A stretch of 64,000 nt of DNA from Chloroflexota bacterium. Lineage in GTDB: Bacteria > Chloroflexota > Limnocylindria > Limnocylindrales > CSP1-4. A model generated the notes under the pieces. That model was not told the origin of the DNA and searched no databases. It saw only the letters and a program-made list of their open reading frames with translations. The first letter of the stretch is position 1; each line of letters starts with the position of its first letter. The DNA is taken from the NCBI GenBank assembly GCA_021802825.1, contig JAJZRG010000002.1, positions 92,740-156,739 of the forward strand, written 5' to 3'. Position numbers and translations under genes: made by a program. This document shows positions 22,461-32,705 of the stretch, in pieces.

Positions 22461-22607
22461 ATGCGTCGCCCGTGCCGCTTCAGCCTGTTCGTCCCGCGAG
22501 ACGGGGTCATCGACCTCGTCGCGGTCGATGACCCCGTCGAAGGGTGCGCCCTCGCCGCGGACGTGCTGCCGGCCTTCCCGGGCCTGCGGGCAGGATGCCC
22601 GAGATGA
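22461..22607 (+). CDS. Small ORF (48 aa), hypothetical
   Basis: ATG preceded by GGAGGTG; GC3 strongly biased in this frame; no homology signal; could be spurious. Confidence 0.25.
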   Translation: MRRPCRFSLFVPRDGVIDLVAVDDPVEGCALAADVLPAFPGLRAGCPR

Positions 22608-22818
22608 GCCCCGCAGGCGAGGCGTCAATGGTCGAGCCCCAGCAGGACACAGCCCTGGCCGCGGACACGCCGCCCCTTGCCGCCGCGCTCCTCAGGCTGC
22701 TGCGGGCGATGCGCGAGGCGCCGGACGAGGTGTCGCTCCTCGCGCGGGCCGGCGGCCGACGAGGTTGTCGGGCGCGCCTCCTGAGCCTGCGCCATGGACC
22801 TAGCGCGCCGCGATCGCG

Positions 22819-23967
22819 TCAGGCGGCCGCCACATCAACTTCGACCGCCACCTCGGTGCCGTCGCCGGGCGCCCGGCGCAGCCACGGGCTCGTCTCGAGC
22901 TTCACCGCGAGCCGCGAGAGGTAGCTCGTGAGGACCGCGGCCGCGGCCATCGCCGCGACCACCTGCCACAGGCCGAGCGCCCGAAAGCCCACCAGGCCCG
23001 CGCCCCACCCCACGAGCACCCAGTGCGTGAAGTACATGGCGATGACGCGATCGCTCCAGCCGTACACGACGGTCAGCCGGCGGTCGATAGCATCGAATCG
23101 CGTGATCGCATCGCACAGGGCCAGCCAGACGAGGATCACGCCCATGATGGCGACGGGGAAGGCAGGCGGCTGACGCCAGTAGGTGTAGACGTCGAAGCCC
23201 GGGTGCGTGAGGCGGATCAGCGCGCCGCCGACGAGCAGGAGGCCGATGCCGACCGCCGCCCCGCGACGGAACAGGCGTGTCCGGTCGGTCGTCCGCGCGA
23301 TCGCCCTGCCGAAGACGGCGCCGGCCAGGGGGTACACCAGCCACGGCACGAGCGCGTAGTAGACGTTGGGCGCTGAGCCCAGGATCGGCGTCAGCGGGGC
23401 GTCGAGCAGCGGCGTGCCGAACACGATCGTGCGCAGCCACGGCGCCGCGAGCACCAGCACCCCGCCGAGCACGAGCCACCACGCGTTGGGCTGGCTCCGC
23501 GTGCGCAGGAGCGCGATCGTCACGAGCGACAGCCCGACAACGTGGTGCAGGTCGACGGTCGTGGCCAGCCACCACGGCGTGTACGGCGCGATCTGCTCGG
23601 GCGTCACCACGCCGAGCGCCGTCCCCAGCGAGCCCGGGATGACACCGCGCAGGACGTTGAGCACGTAGCCGAGGAACAGGAGCCACAGGCCGCGGGTGAC
23701 GAGCGTGGACGCACGTGCCTGGCGCGCCGCACCGAGCGAGGCGCCCATCAGGAACACGAACACGGGTGCCGCGGTGGGACCCGCGGCATAGCTGATCGCC
23801 TCGCCGATGGGCGTGGTCCAGGTCTCCGGGCTGCCCCAGTGCCACAGAATGTGGACGAGGATCATGAAGAAGACCGCGAGGCCCGCAGCGAGGTCGAACG
23901 CCCGGACGCGCTCCCGCCCGACAAGCCCCGTGACGGCGTTGAGCTCCCCCGCGCCAGCGTCCATCAC
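22819..23967 (-). CDS. Integral membrane protein, acyltransferase-3/DUF1624-like
   Basis: About 10 TM helices, Trp-rich; N-terminal FFMILVHILWHWG pattern as in acyltransferase-3 / heparan-alpha-glucosaminide N-acetyltransferase-like membrane proteins. Confidence 0.55.
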   Translation of the reverse strand: MMDAGAGELNAVTGLVGRERVRAFDLAAGLAVFFMILVHILWHWGSPETWTTPIGEAISYAAGPTAAPVFVFLMGASLGAARQARASTLVTRGLWLLFLGYVLNVLRGVIPGSLGTALGVVTPEQIAPYTPWWLATTVDLHHVVGLSLVTIALLRTRSQPNAWWLVLGGVLVLAAPWLRTIVFGTPLLDAPLTPILGSAPNVYYALVPWLVYPLAGAVFGRAIARTTDRTRLFRRGAAVGIGLLLVGGALIRLTHPGFDVYTYWRQPPAFPVAIMGVILVWLALCDAITRFDAIDRRLTVVYGWSDRVIAMYFTHWVLVGWGAGLVGFRALGLWQVVAAMAAAAVLTSYLSRLAVKLETSPWLRRAPGDGTEVAVEVDVAAA

Positions 23968-24305
23968 ACAACTCTAGCGGCGCTCCGGGCAGCGCTTTGA
24001 GTCGCTGCGGACTCGAATGCCGCGTTGCCGAGCGTGGCTGCCGCCCGGAGGCGGCGGTTCGGGGCGCCGCGCGTGCCCGCCTGTCCCGATTCTGATGCCC
24101 ACCTGACTTGGCGGGGCCGCAGCGTCGCGGGGCCGCAGCGTCGCCGATCGGAGCCTTCGCCCCCCGATCCACCTCGGTCATTCGTGGCGCCGCGGCTCCC
24201 CGGGCTCGCGGTGCTCGCGATCCTGGCGCCAGCATGGGCGACGCGCACGTTCTGCTCGTACCAGCAATCGGTCTCAGCGCCGATCCCGTCCTGGGCGCGC
24301 TCCGC

Positions 24306-25427
24306 CTACAGCACCAGCCAGTCGCGGATCTGGTTGGCCGGCAGGCAGGCGTGGGCCGGGATGATGAGTGCGAGGTCGCCGACGCGAAGCTGGGCGAGGA
24401 TGTCCGGCGAGCATCGGAGGACGCCGTGCTCCTGGGAGATGCCGCGGACGAAGCCGTCATCGACCGGCACCAGGCGCCATCCGTCCGACCCGACCACCGC
24501 CAGTCGGCCGAAGTTGCGAACGTCGCCCGGGCCGGGCGCGGTGTCGAGCGAGAGCTGGACGGACCCGCCGTGGATCACGGCCTCGCCGCGCGCCGGGTAC
24601 ACACCCACGATCGGACAGGCGATGGCGAGCGCGAGGTCGTCCTCGGAGCAGACGCCAAGCGCGAGCTGCTGGAGGTCGAAGAAGACGAAGTTGCCGGGTC
24701 GAACCTCGTCCACCGCGGTCAGGCGGCTCATCAACGCGCAGCCGGGCGTGTCGCCGACCGAGATCTCGAGCCCGCTCGCGCCGGTGGCAGCGGCCAGCAG
24801 GTCACGTGCGGCGGCTAACCGCACGGCGGTGTCGGCCCAGATGCCGCGGATCGCCGCGTGGTCGGGCGCGTGGTAGCTGTTGCCGGCGTGGGTCAGGACC
24901 CCGCGAAGCCGATGGCGTGGTACATGCACGAGCGCCGCCGCGATCTCGGCCAGTCTCGCCGCGTCGTCCCAGCGGGCCCCCGACCGGCCGTAGCCCGCGT
25001 CCACGTCGACCCAGAGGTCCACCGCGGATTCAACGGAGGCCAGCGCCGTGACGCCCTCGGGGCCCTCCACCAGCAGGCCCAGGCGGACCTGCGTGGCCAA
25101 GTCGCCAATCGTCGGGAGCGCTCGCGTGACCAGCGGGAAAGCGATCGTGATGTTGTCCCACCCGGCATCGGCGAAGGTCCGGGCGTGCTCCACCGAGCTC
25201 ACCGTGATCGCGGTCACGCCAGCCTCGCGGAACCACTCGCCCACCTCGACCGAGTTGTGCGTCTTGAAGTGCGGCCGGAACCGGACGCCGCTGGCCTCGG
25301 CTTTGGCTGCCATCCGCTCGATGTTGCGCTGCGCGCGAGCGCGGTCCGCCACCAACGTGGGCCGGTCGATGCCGGCGAAGCGGTCCGTTTCGGCGGGGGG
25401 GTGGTAGGCGAGGGCGTCGTTCGGCAT
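24306..25427 (-). CDS. Fold-type III PLP enzyme, alanine racemase N-domain family (D-serine dehydratase/D-threonine aldolase-like, DSD1)
   Basis: Start ATG 25425-25427 (MPNDALAYHP); PLP-lysine motif RPHFKTHNS; C-terminal beta domain; the much longer ORF in the track is an upstream high-GC extension. Confidence 0.8.
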   Translation of the reverse strand: MPNDALAYHPPAETDRFAGIDRPTLVADRARAQRNIERMAAKAEASGVRFRPHFKTHNSVEVGEWFREAGVTAITVSSVEHARTFADAGWDNITIAFPLVTRALPTIGDLATQVRLGLLVEGPEGVTALASVESAVDLWVDVDAGYGRSGARWDDAARLAEIAAALVHVPRHRLRGVLTHAGNSYHAPDHAAIRGIWADTAVRLAAARDLLAAATGASGLEISVGDTPGCALMSRLTAVDEVRPGNFVFFDLQQLALGVCSEDDLALAIACPIVGVYPARGEAVIHGGSVQLSLDTAPGPGDVRNFGRLAVVGSDGWRLVPVDDGFVRGISQEHGVLRCSPDILAQLRVGDLALIIPAHACLPANQIRDWLVL

Positions 25428-25745
25428 GAGGCGAACGGTACTCCCGCGACGACTGGGCCTCCTTCCCGCGTCAGAGCGCCGCGAGCCGCGCGCCGCGAGC
25501 CGGCCGCCGCTCGCACCGCCTCCCGCAGGCGTCGCCGAGCCCCGTGAGCTGCCCGGCCTCACGCACGGCCACGTCTGGCGGAGCGGGGCGCGCGTGTCGG
25601 CGAAGGCGGCGGCCGCCTGGCAGAGCGGCTCGGCGGGTGTCTGGCGGAGCCCGGGCAGCGAGCTTAGGTGGAGGCGGCGGCCGTCTGGCGGGGTGCGGCC
25701 GCTCCTGGCACGCGAAGCTGGGGCGAGTGGAGATAGGCTGCGGCC
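25428..25745. promoter_or_regulatory. Divergent intergenic region between the DSD1-like gene and the LysR gene, with three direct GTCTGGCGG(A/G)G repeats
   Basis: Copies at 25572-25580, 25639-25647 and 25683-25691; classic LysR-plus-divergent-target arrangement. Confidence 0.3.
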
Positions 25746-26657
25746 ATGCTCGGCGTGTGGCGGCTCCAACTCCTGCGCGAGGTTGGGCGGCGCGGGACCA
25801 TCCGGGCGGCTGCCGAGGCGCTGTCGATCACACCGTCGGCGGTCAGCCAGCAGCTGCGGATCCTCGAGGCCGAGGCGGGCGTCGCGCTGCTCCAGCCCGA
25901 TGGGCGGCGCATAAGCCTCACCGAAGCCGGGCAGATGCTGGTTCGGCATGCCGATGCCATCACGGCGGCGATCGACGCGGCGGAGGCGGACCTCGCGGCG
26001 AGCCGGGCCCAGATCACTGGGACGCTGCGCATCGCGGCGTTCCCCACAGCCGCGCGGGCGATCCTGCCCGGCGTCATCGCCCAGCTCGGGCAGGACCATC
26101 CCCGCCTCACCGTCACGCTGCGGGACCTCGAGACGGCCGAGAGCCTGGCGGCCCTGCGGCTCGACGAGGTGGACCTCGCGCTGGTGGACGTGTACGACGA
26201 GGCAACCTGGATCGTGGAGCCGGCGATCGAGCTCCTCGAGGTAGGCTCGGACCCGCTCTACCTGGCCGCACCCGGGGAGGCGTCTATAGGCGACCGGCCC
26301 ACCCAGCTCGCCTCCCTGGCGAAGACGCCCTGGATCATGGACACGGAGGGGAGCAACATCCGGGGCGCGGTCGTCCGCGCGTGTGCGCGGGCGGGCTTCG
26401 AGCCCCAGGTCCGCGCGGCCTGCCGTGACTACAGCGTGATCATCGCGCTCGTGGAGGCGGGGCTCGGCGTGGCGATCCTGCCCGGCCTCGCGCTCCAGGA
26501 CCGGCAGATCCGGGCGCGGATCACCCACCTCACGCCACCGATGACCCGCCGCGTGCTGATCGCCGTGAAGCCCGGCCGCCGGTCCCACCCCGCCATTGCC
26601 GCGACGCTGGCTGCCCTCCGCGGCCGTCACCCCGCGCCCCAGAACCGTGAAGAGTAA
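25746..26657 (+). CDS. LysR-family transcriptional regulator
   Basis: N-terminal HTH (LREVGRRGTIRAAAEALSITPSAVSQQLRILEAEAGVALL) plus LysR substrate-binding domain. Confidence 0.9.
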   Translation: MLGVWRLQLLREVGRRGTIRAAAEALSITPSAVSQQLRILEAEAGVALLQPDGRRISLTEAGQMLVRHADAITAAIDAAEADLAASRAQITGTLRIAAFPTAARAILPGVIAQLGQDHPRLTVTLRDLETAESLAALRLDEVDLALVDVYDEATWIVEPAIELLEVGSDPLYLAAPGEASIGDRPTQLASLAKTPWIMDTEGSNIRGAVVRACARAGFEPQVRAACRDYSVIIALVEAGLGVAILPGLALQDRQIRARITHLTPPMTRRVLIAVKPGRRSHPAIAATLAALRGRHPAPQNREE

Positions 26658-26745
26658 CTGAACGGTTCGGGTAGGAAGTCGCGCTGGACGCTTCCGTCTC
26701 GGCGTGGGATCGTGCGTTCCTGAAGACTCGCCAGGAGACCGTCCC

Positions 26746-27930
26746 ATGCAGCTCGCGTCGCGTATGGCGTCCATCGGCACCGAGACCGCGTTCGAGGCTG
26801 CGGCCCGAGCGCGCGCGCTCGAGGCCACCGGCCGCAGCGTCGTCCACCTCGAGATCGGCGAGCCCGACTTCGACACCCCCGCCAACATCCGTGAAGCGGC
26901 CAAGAGCGCGATCGACGCCGGCAGGACGCACTACCCGCCGTTCCCCGGCATCCCCGAGCTGCGCGAGGCGATCGCTGCCGACAGCGCCCAGCGCCGCGGC
27001 TTCGCGCCCGACCCCCAGAACGTGTTCGTCACCGTCGGCGGCAAGGGCGTCATGTACTACGCGATCCTCGCGCTGGTGGACCCCGGCGACGAGGTCATCG
27101 TCCCCGACCCGGGTTACCCCATCTACGAGTCGGTGACCCGGTTCGTCGGCGGCACGCCCGTCCCGATCGCGATCCGCCAGGAGAACGAGTTCCGCCTTGA
27201 CCCCGACGAGCTCGCCTCGCTGGTCACCCCACGCACGAAGCTCATCGTCATCAACTCGCCGGCCAACCCCACCGGCGGCGTCCTGACGCGCGGCGACCTC
27301 GAGAAGATCGCGGCCATCGCGATCGAGCACGACATCGCGGTCCTGTCCGACGAGATCTACTCGCGGATCCTGTACGGAGGCGAGCACGTCTCGATCGCGG
27401 CCCTGCCGGGCATGGCCGAGCGCACCATCGTCCTCGACGGCTTCTCGAAGACCTTCGCGATGACGGGCTGGCGCCTGGGCTACGCGATCGTCCCGTCGTG
27501 GCTCGGCCACGGATTCGGCCGGCTGATCATCAACTCCGTGTCGGGCGCGACGACGTTCGCGCAGGTCGGCGCGGTGGAGGCGCTGAACGGGCCGCAGGAC
27601 GCAGTCGACGCGATGGTCGCGGAGTTCCGCGCCCGTCGTGACCTGGTGGTGGACGGCCTCAACGCCATCCCCGGCGTGCGCTGCCTGCGCCCCGCGGGCG
27701 CCTTCTACGTCTTCCCGGAGATCTCCGGGACCGGTCTCAGCGGCGCCGAGCTCGCCGACCGGCTCCTGCTCGAGGCCGGTGTGTCGGTCCTCGCCGGCAC
27801 GGCCTTCGGCGGGGTGGGCGTCAACCACATCCGGCTCTCGTACGCGACCTCGCGCGAGAACATCGCCGAGGCGCTGCGCCGGATGCGCACCGTGATCGAG
27901 CCGCTCGTCGCGGCGGGAGCGGCCCGGTGA
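26746..27930 (+). CDS. PLP-dependent aminotransferase, class I (aspartate aminotransferase-like)
   Basis: ATG 26746 after AGGAGA; SPANPTGGV and FSKTFAMTGWRLGY (Schiff-base lysine) motifs. Confidence 0.9.
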   Translation: MQLASRMASIGTETAFEAAARARALEATGRSVVHLEIGEPDFDTPANIREAAKSAIDAGRTHYPPFPGIPELREAIAADSAQRRGFAPDPQNVFVTVGGKGVMYYAILALVDPGDEVIVPDPGYPIYESVTRFVGGTPVPIAIRQENEFRLDPDELASLVTPRTKLIVINSPANPTGGVLTRGDLEKIAAIAIEHDIAVLSDEIYSRILYGGEHVSIAALPGMAERTIVLDGFSKTFAMTGWRLGYAIVPSWLGHGFGRLIINSVSGATTFAQVGAVEALNGPQDAVDAMVAEFRARRDLVVDGLNAIPGVRCLRPAGAFYVFPEISGTGLSGAELADRLLLEAGVSVLAGTAFGGVGVNHIRLSYATSRENIAEALRRMRTVIEPLVAAGAAR

Positions 27931-30311
27931 CGGCGCCCGCGAACCCGGTGACGGTTTCGAGCGAAGCCGGAGAGGCCGAGCGCCTGTTCGCCTCCGTCGA
28001 GGGCGACTTCGAGCGCTGGGAGCTGCTCAAGGACGTCATCGACGAGTGCATGGACCTCGCGCTCAACGAGCGCCAGAGCGGCCACCCCGGCGGCTCGCAC
28101 AGCAAGGTCCACATGCTGCTCTCGCTGATGCTCTCGGGCGCCATGCGCTGGGACATCCGCCGCCCGTGGCTGCGCTTCGCCGACCGCTTCGTGCTGTCGG
28201 CGGGGCACACCGTGCCCGTGGTGTACACGCTGCTCGCCGTCCTCTCGGACACGCTGCGCCAGCGCGTCGAGCTCGACGGCGACGACCGCTTCGCGCTGCC
28301 CGATGGCGGCCGCTGGACCGTCCTGCCCGAGGACCTGCTCACGCTCCGCCGACGCGGCGGCCTGCCGGGCCACGCCGAGATGGCCGGCAAGACGCTGTTC
28401 TTCAAGGCGAACACGGGACCCTCGGGCCACGGCATGCCGGTCGCTGCGGGCGAGGCGCTCGCGCTCAAGATCGCCGGGGCGGACGACGTCCGCGTGTTCG
28501 TGGTCGAGGGCGAGGGCGGCCTCACGCCCGGCGCGACGCACGAGGTCAAGAACGCGGCCTGGGGCCTGGGCCTGTCGAACCTCGTGTTCCTCGTGGATTG
28601 GAACGACTTCGGCATCGACGGGCGGCCGGCGTCGTCGGTCGTGCCTGGTGGGCCCGACGACTGGTTCGCGCCGTACGGCTGGCGCGTCGCCGGGACCGAG
28701 GACGGGATGAGCTGGGCGCCGGTGACCCGGACGCTGCTCGAGGCGGCCCGGGGCGACAACCCCGCCAACGTGCCCTCGATCGCCTGGTTCAAGACGCGCA
28801 AGGGGCGCGGCTACGGCAAGTACGACGCGGGCTCCCATGGGACCCCGTGGCCGCGCCACGCGCCCGAGTTCTGGGCGGTGCGCAAGGACTTCATGGCCCG
28901 CCACGGCGTGGCCTACGACGGCGTGGACGAGCCGGCCTCCACCGATGCCGAAGCGCGCCGCACGCAGACCGCGCACAACCTTGACGTGGCGCTGTCGGTG
29001 CTGCGCCGCGACCCGGAGCTGGTGCGCTGGCTGTCCGATCGGCTGCTGGCGATCGCCGCGACCGTGCCCCAGGACGAGCCCGGGCTGCGCCTCGGCGACG
29101 GCGGGGCCGTGTTCTCCGACGAGCGCCTGTTCGACCCCGCGGCCTACCCGGCCGCCATGTGGAAGCAGCCGGGCGAGTCTGCCCCGAACCGGGCGGGCCT
29201 CGCGGCCTGGGCGGGCTGGATCAACGCCACCGCCCTCCGCGACCACGGCCGGCCGCTGTTCATCGCCGCGTCCGCGGACCTCGCCGAATCGACCAACCTC
29301 GCCGGCTTCGGCCACGGCTACGGCGGCGAGACCGGCGGCGGCTGGTACGAGCGCGACACGAACCCGACGGGCTCGCTGCTGCCCACCGAGATCACCGAGT
29401 TCACCAACGCCGGGATGCTGGCGGGCCTCGCGTCCGTCAACTTCGCGCCTGACCCCTTCGCCGCGTTCGACGGGTTCTGGGGCGCGATGAGCACCTACGG
29501 CTCGTTCAGCTATCTCAAGTACGGGCCGCTGCGCCTGTTCAGCCAGGTGGCCCAGGACACCGAGCTGCGCATCGGGCGCCTGCTCTACGTCGCCGGCCAC
29601 TCCGGGCCGGAGACCGCCGAGGACTCGCGGACCCACTTCGGCATCTACGAGCCCGGGGTCATGCAGCTGTTCCCCAAGGGCCACGTGGTCGAGCTCCACC
29701 CCTGGGAGTACAACGAGGTCCCGGTCCTGCTCGCGGCCGCCTTCCGCACCGACGTGCCGATCGTCGTCCTCCACCTCACGCGCCCGCCCGTCAAGCTGCC
29801 CGACCGGGCGGCCCTCGGCATGCCCTCGCACCTCGAGGCGGCCCGCGGCGCCTACGTCCTGCGCGAGTGGCGGGGCGATCAGCGGCGCGCCGGCACCGTG
29901 TTCGTGCGCGGCACGATGCCCACCCAGAACCTGGTGTCGCTGTTCCCCGAGCTCGACCGACTGGGGCTCAACGTCCGAGTCGTGGCCGCGCAGAGCGAGG
30001 AGCTGTTCCGGCGCCAGGACGCCGCCTACCGCGAGTCGATCGCGTCGGAGGCGCACAAGCTCGACGCGATGGTCGTGACCAACGGCGCCGTCAAGCTGAT
30101 GCGCGAGTGGGCGTCGGGGCCGGTGGTGGACGAGTACTCGCTCGGCCCCGACTGGGATGACCGTTGGCGCACCGGCGGCTCGCTCGAGGAGGTCATCGAG
30201 GAGGCGCACCTCGACGCACCGCACATCCTGGCCGGGATCGAGCGGTTCGTCCGCGAGCGCGACGGGCGGCTTGCCCGCGTGCGGGCGGCCCTGGAGGCCG
30301 CCTCGAGCTAG
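27927..30311 (+). CDS. Transketolase-family TPP-dependent enzyme (794 aa)
   Basis: Start overlaps the aminotransferase stop (ATGA); TPP-binding region QSGHPGGSHS and DRFVLSAGH (cf. transketolase DRFVLSNGH), GEGGLTPGA; longer than canonical transketolase. Confidence 0.75.
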   Translation: MTAPANPVTVSSEAGEAERLFASVEGDFERWELLKDVIDECMDLALNERQSGHPGGSHSKVHMLLSLMLSGAMRWDIRRPWLRFADRFVLSAGHTVPVVYTLLAVLSDTLRQRVELDGDDRFALPDGGRWTVLPEDLLTLRRRGGLPGHAEMAGKTLFFKANTGPSGHGMPVAAGEALALKIAGADDVRVFVVEGEGGLTPGATHEVKNAAWGLGLSNLVFLVDWNDFGIDGRPASSVVPGGPDDWFAPYGWRVAGTEDGMSWAPVTRTLLEAARGDNPANVPSIAWFKTRKGRGYGKYDAGSHGTPWPRHAPEFWAVRKDFMARHGVAYDGVDEPASTDAEARRTQTAHNLDVALSVLRRDPELVRWLSDRLLAIAATVPQDEPGLRLGDGGAVFSDERLFDPAAYPAAMWKQPGESAPNRAGLAAWAGWINATALRDHGRPLFIAASADLAESTNLAGFGHGYGGETGGGWYERDTNPTGSLLPTEITEFTNAGMLAGLASVNFAPDPFAAFDGFWGAMSTYGSFSYLKYGPLRLFSQVAQDTELRIGRLLYVAGHSGPETAEDSRTHFGIYEPGVMQLFPKGHVVELHPWEYNEVPVLLAAAFRTDVPIVVLHLTRPPVKLPDRAALGMPSHLEAARGAYVLREWRGDQRRAGTVFVRGTMPTQNLVSLFPELDRLGLNVRVVAAQSEELFRRQDAAYRESIASEAHKLDAMVVTNGAVKLMREWASGPVVDEYSLGPDWDDRWRTGGSLEEVIEEAHLDAPHILAGIERFVRERDGRLARVRAALEAASS

Positions 30312-30829
30312 CGCGTCGCGGGCACGCCCCAATCGCGCGGCGACGCCCGCCGTTCACGAGCAGGCTGCAACGCGTGCCCCGGGTCTCGATCGACATCGCC
30401 CGCATCATCGAGTGGCGCTCGCCACCGGCCGTACCGTAGACTTCGTGCGCCCCCGTCGGCTATCCCCCCAGCCGTCGGGGGCACTTGCGTGTCCGCGGCA
30501 GAGCTGCCCGCGTTGGCGGGGCGAACGCTTGCGCCGCCTCAACGGTACGAGCGTCACTTCTCGCGCCCCGCGGAGCGGTGGGCCGTGACGAAGGGCCTCA
30601 GCGGTGGGCGAGCGACAATCGCCGGGTCGCGCCGCGCGCCCTGTAGACTGGCAGCCGAAGGGGAGTAGTCCGACCGCCACCCCCGGCGGTCAGGGGAGAT
30701 CGACACACCGGCTTCGGCCCGGTCCCCCACCTCGACCCGAGGCGGATGAGACCTTCGGCCAGGTGGACCTGGTCGAGGTCTCGCCGCGCCCAGGGGCGAC
30801 ACCTCACGGCAGCGGAGGTGTTCGACGGC

Positions 30830-32080
30830 ATGTGGCGCAGGCTCGGGCTGACGGCGCTGTTCGCCCTCCCCGCCATCGTGGTGCGGCTCACCGGGACGGA
30901 GCTGCCGCCGGGCGTCACCGTCATCGTCTTCGGCGCTGGCGTGGTCGCGTCGGCCGTCCTGCTCTCGTGGGCAGCCGAGGCGGCCCAGGTGGACATCTCG
31001 GGGAGCCTCGCGATCGCGATCCTCGCGCTGATCGCGGTCCTGCCCGAGTACGCGGTGGACCTCTACTTCTCGTTCACCGCCGGGGGCGACCCGACCTACA
31101 CGCAGTTCGCCGCGGCGAACATGACGGGCTCGAACCGCCTGCTCATCGGCATCGGCTGGCCCGTGGTGGCGTTCGTCGGCTTCTGGGCGATGCGGCGGGC
31201 GCGGCGTCGGGGCGAGGCGGAGTCCGCCGAGGCCGTGCCTGCACTGGCGAGGGGCGCGAGGCACCGCCAGCCCGCCGTCGTCCTGCCGCCCCGCAACCGC
31301 GTCGAGCTCGCCTTCCTCGCCGTCGCGAGCGCCTACGCGTTCCTCATCCCGCTCACCCGCTCGATCGCCTGGTACGACGCCGTCGTCCTGCTCGTCCTGT
31401 TCGGCGCCTACCTGTTCCGGGTGACCCGCGAGGGCCGCGGCGAGCCAGAGCTCATCGGCGTCGCGGCCGACATCGCGCGCCTGCCGCAGAGCCAGCGCCG
31501 GGCGCTCGTCACCGGGCTGTTCGTCGCGGCCGCCGCCATCGTCGTGATGGCCGCCAAGCCGTTCGCCGACGGCCTGGTCGCCACGGGCGAGACGCTCGGC
31601 ATCGACCAGTTCCTGCTCGTGCAGTGGCTGGCGCCGCTCTCGTCCGAGGCCCCGGAGCTCATCGTGGCCACGATCTTCGCGTGGCGCCTGCACGCCGCCG
31701 ACGGGCTCGGGATGCTGCTCTCGGCCAAGGTGAACCAGTGGACGCTGCTCGTCGGGAGCCTGTGGGTGGCCTACACGCTGGGCGGCGGCCGGGGTGCCGC
31801 GCTGCCCCTCGACGACCGCCAGACCGAGGAGTTCCTCCTCACGAGCGCCCAGGCCCTGCTCGCGTTCGCCGTCCTCGCCGACCGGCGGTTCGGGCTGTGG
31901 GAGGCGGCCGCGGTCCTGGGGCTGTTCGTCCTCCAGTTCCCGTTCCCGACGACCGAGGTCCGGCTCATCTTCTCCGTCATCTACCTCGTCGTCGCGGTCG
32001 CGCTCCTCGTGCAGAAGCGGCGACACCTGCCGGGTGTCGTGGCCAGCATCGTGCGCTGGGAGCGGCCGCGGGCGGTGTAG
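30830..32080 (+). CDS. CaCA-family cation/Ca2+ antiporter-like membrane protein
   Basis: ATG after GGAGGTG; two alpha-repeat regions, including LSSEAPELIVATIFAWR (cf. GNSAPEL); about 10 TM helices. Confidence 0.7.
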   Translation: MWRRLGLTALFALPAIVVRLTGTELPPGVTVIVFGAGVVASAVLLSWAAEAAQVDISGSLAIAILALIAVLPEYAVDLYFSFTAGGDPTYTQFAAANMTGSNRLLIGIGWPVVAFVGFWAMRRARRRGEAESAEAVPALARGARHRQPAVVLPPRNRVELAFLAVASAYAFLIPLTRSIAWYDAVVLLVLFGAYLFRVTREGRGEPELIGVAADIARLPQSQRRALVTGLFVAAAAIVVMAAKPFADGLVATGETLGIDQFLLVQWLAPLSSEAPELIVATIFAWRLHAADGLGMLLSAKVNQWTLLVGSLWVAYTLGGGRGAALPLDDRQTEEFLLTSAQALLAFAVLADRRFGLWEAAAVLGLFVLQFPFPTTEVRLIFSVIYLVVAVALLVQKRRHLPGVVASIVRWERPRAV

Positions 32081-32239
32081 ACCGGGCACGTGCCCGGCCC
32101 CTGGCCGGCATCGCCCGGCAGCCGCGGGGGCGCGCGGGCAGCACGGTTGACCAACGGCTCTAAGCCGCTCATCGAGGGCGGCGAGCTCCTGGTGGCCAAG
32201 GCACCCCTGGCCCCCCGGGCGGAGCGAACGGCGCTGACC

Positions 32240-32431
32240 TCAGGCCGTGCGCCCGTCCACGTACTCGTTCGCGTGCTGCTCACGGTCCTTGTCCTCGGTC
32301 TGCTCCATGATCCGGAGCGTCTCCGCGACCGATCGCCCGTTCTCGTCGGCGGCCCGCTTGATGTCCTCGTACGTCAGGTTCGACTCGCCCATCTCGAGGT
32401 GGGCGTCCATGCAGCCACAGGTCAGGCACAT
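32240..32431 (-). CDS. Small Cys-containing hypothetical protein (63 aa)
   Basis: ATG 32429-32431 with GAAGGAG RBS; MCLTCGCMDAHLEMGESNLTYEDIKRAADENGRSVAETLRIMEQTEDKDREQ; acidic, with an N-terminal CxxCxC. Confidence 0.45.
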   Translation of the reverse strand: MCLTCGCMDAHLEMGESNLTYEDIKRAADENGRSVAETLRIMEQTEDKDREQHANEYVDGRTA

Positions 32432-32705
32432 GTCGGCGACTCCTTCGCTCGCGCGGGCGTGGCCGAGCCCGTCGGCCGGGCGCAGCAGGTTGCCCGCGCT
32501 CCGGGCCAGCGTCCCACCCTTGCGGCGACATCGGCGACTGCGGCGACGCCCCGCTGTCGCAATCGCATTGCAGCGTCTCTGATCGCGATGGCTTCGAGCG
32601 GGTCGGGCCGGAATGCGCGACGATCGGCGCCGCAGAGCGACTGCCCGAGCCTGAACGCCGTCGCTCGCGGCGCCTGTCAAGGCCGCGCCCACAACGGGAG
32701 CACCC

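Noticed and set aside
25428-26903. Upstream 490-codon extension of the DSD1-like ORF (track ORF 24306-26903)
   Set aside because: The extension is R/P/G-rich junk overlapping the LysR gene in antisense; the PLP-enzyme homology starts at MPNDALAYH (25427).
30554-32089. 511-aa minus-strand ORF
   Set aside because: Antisense to the CaCA antiporter gene; composition is junk-like (R/D/E/G/P-rich).
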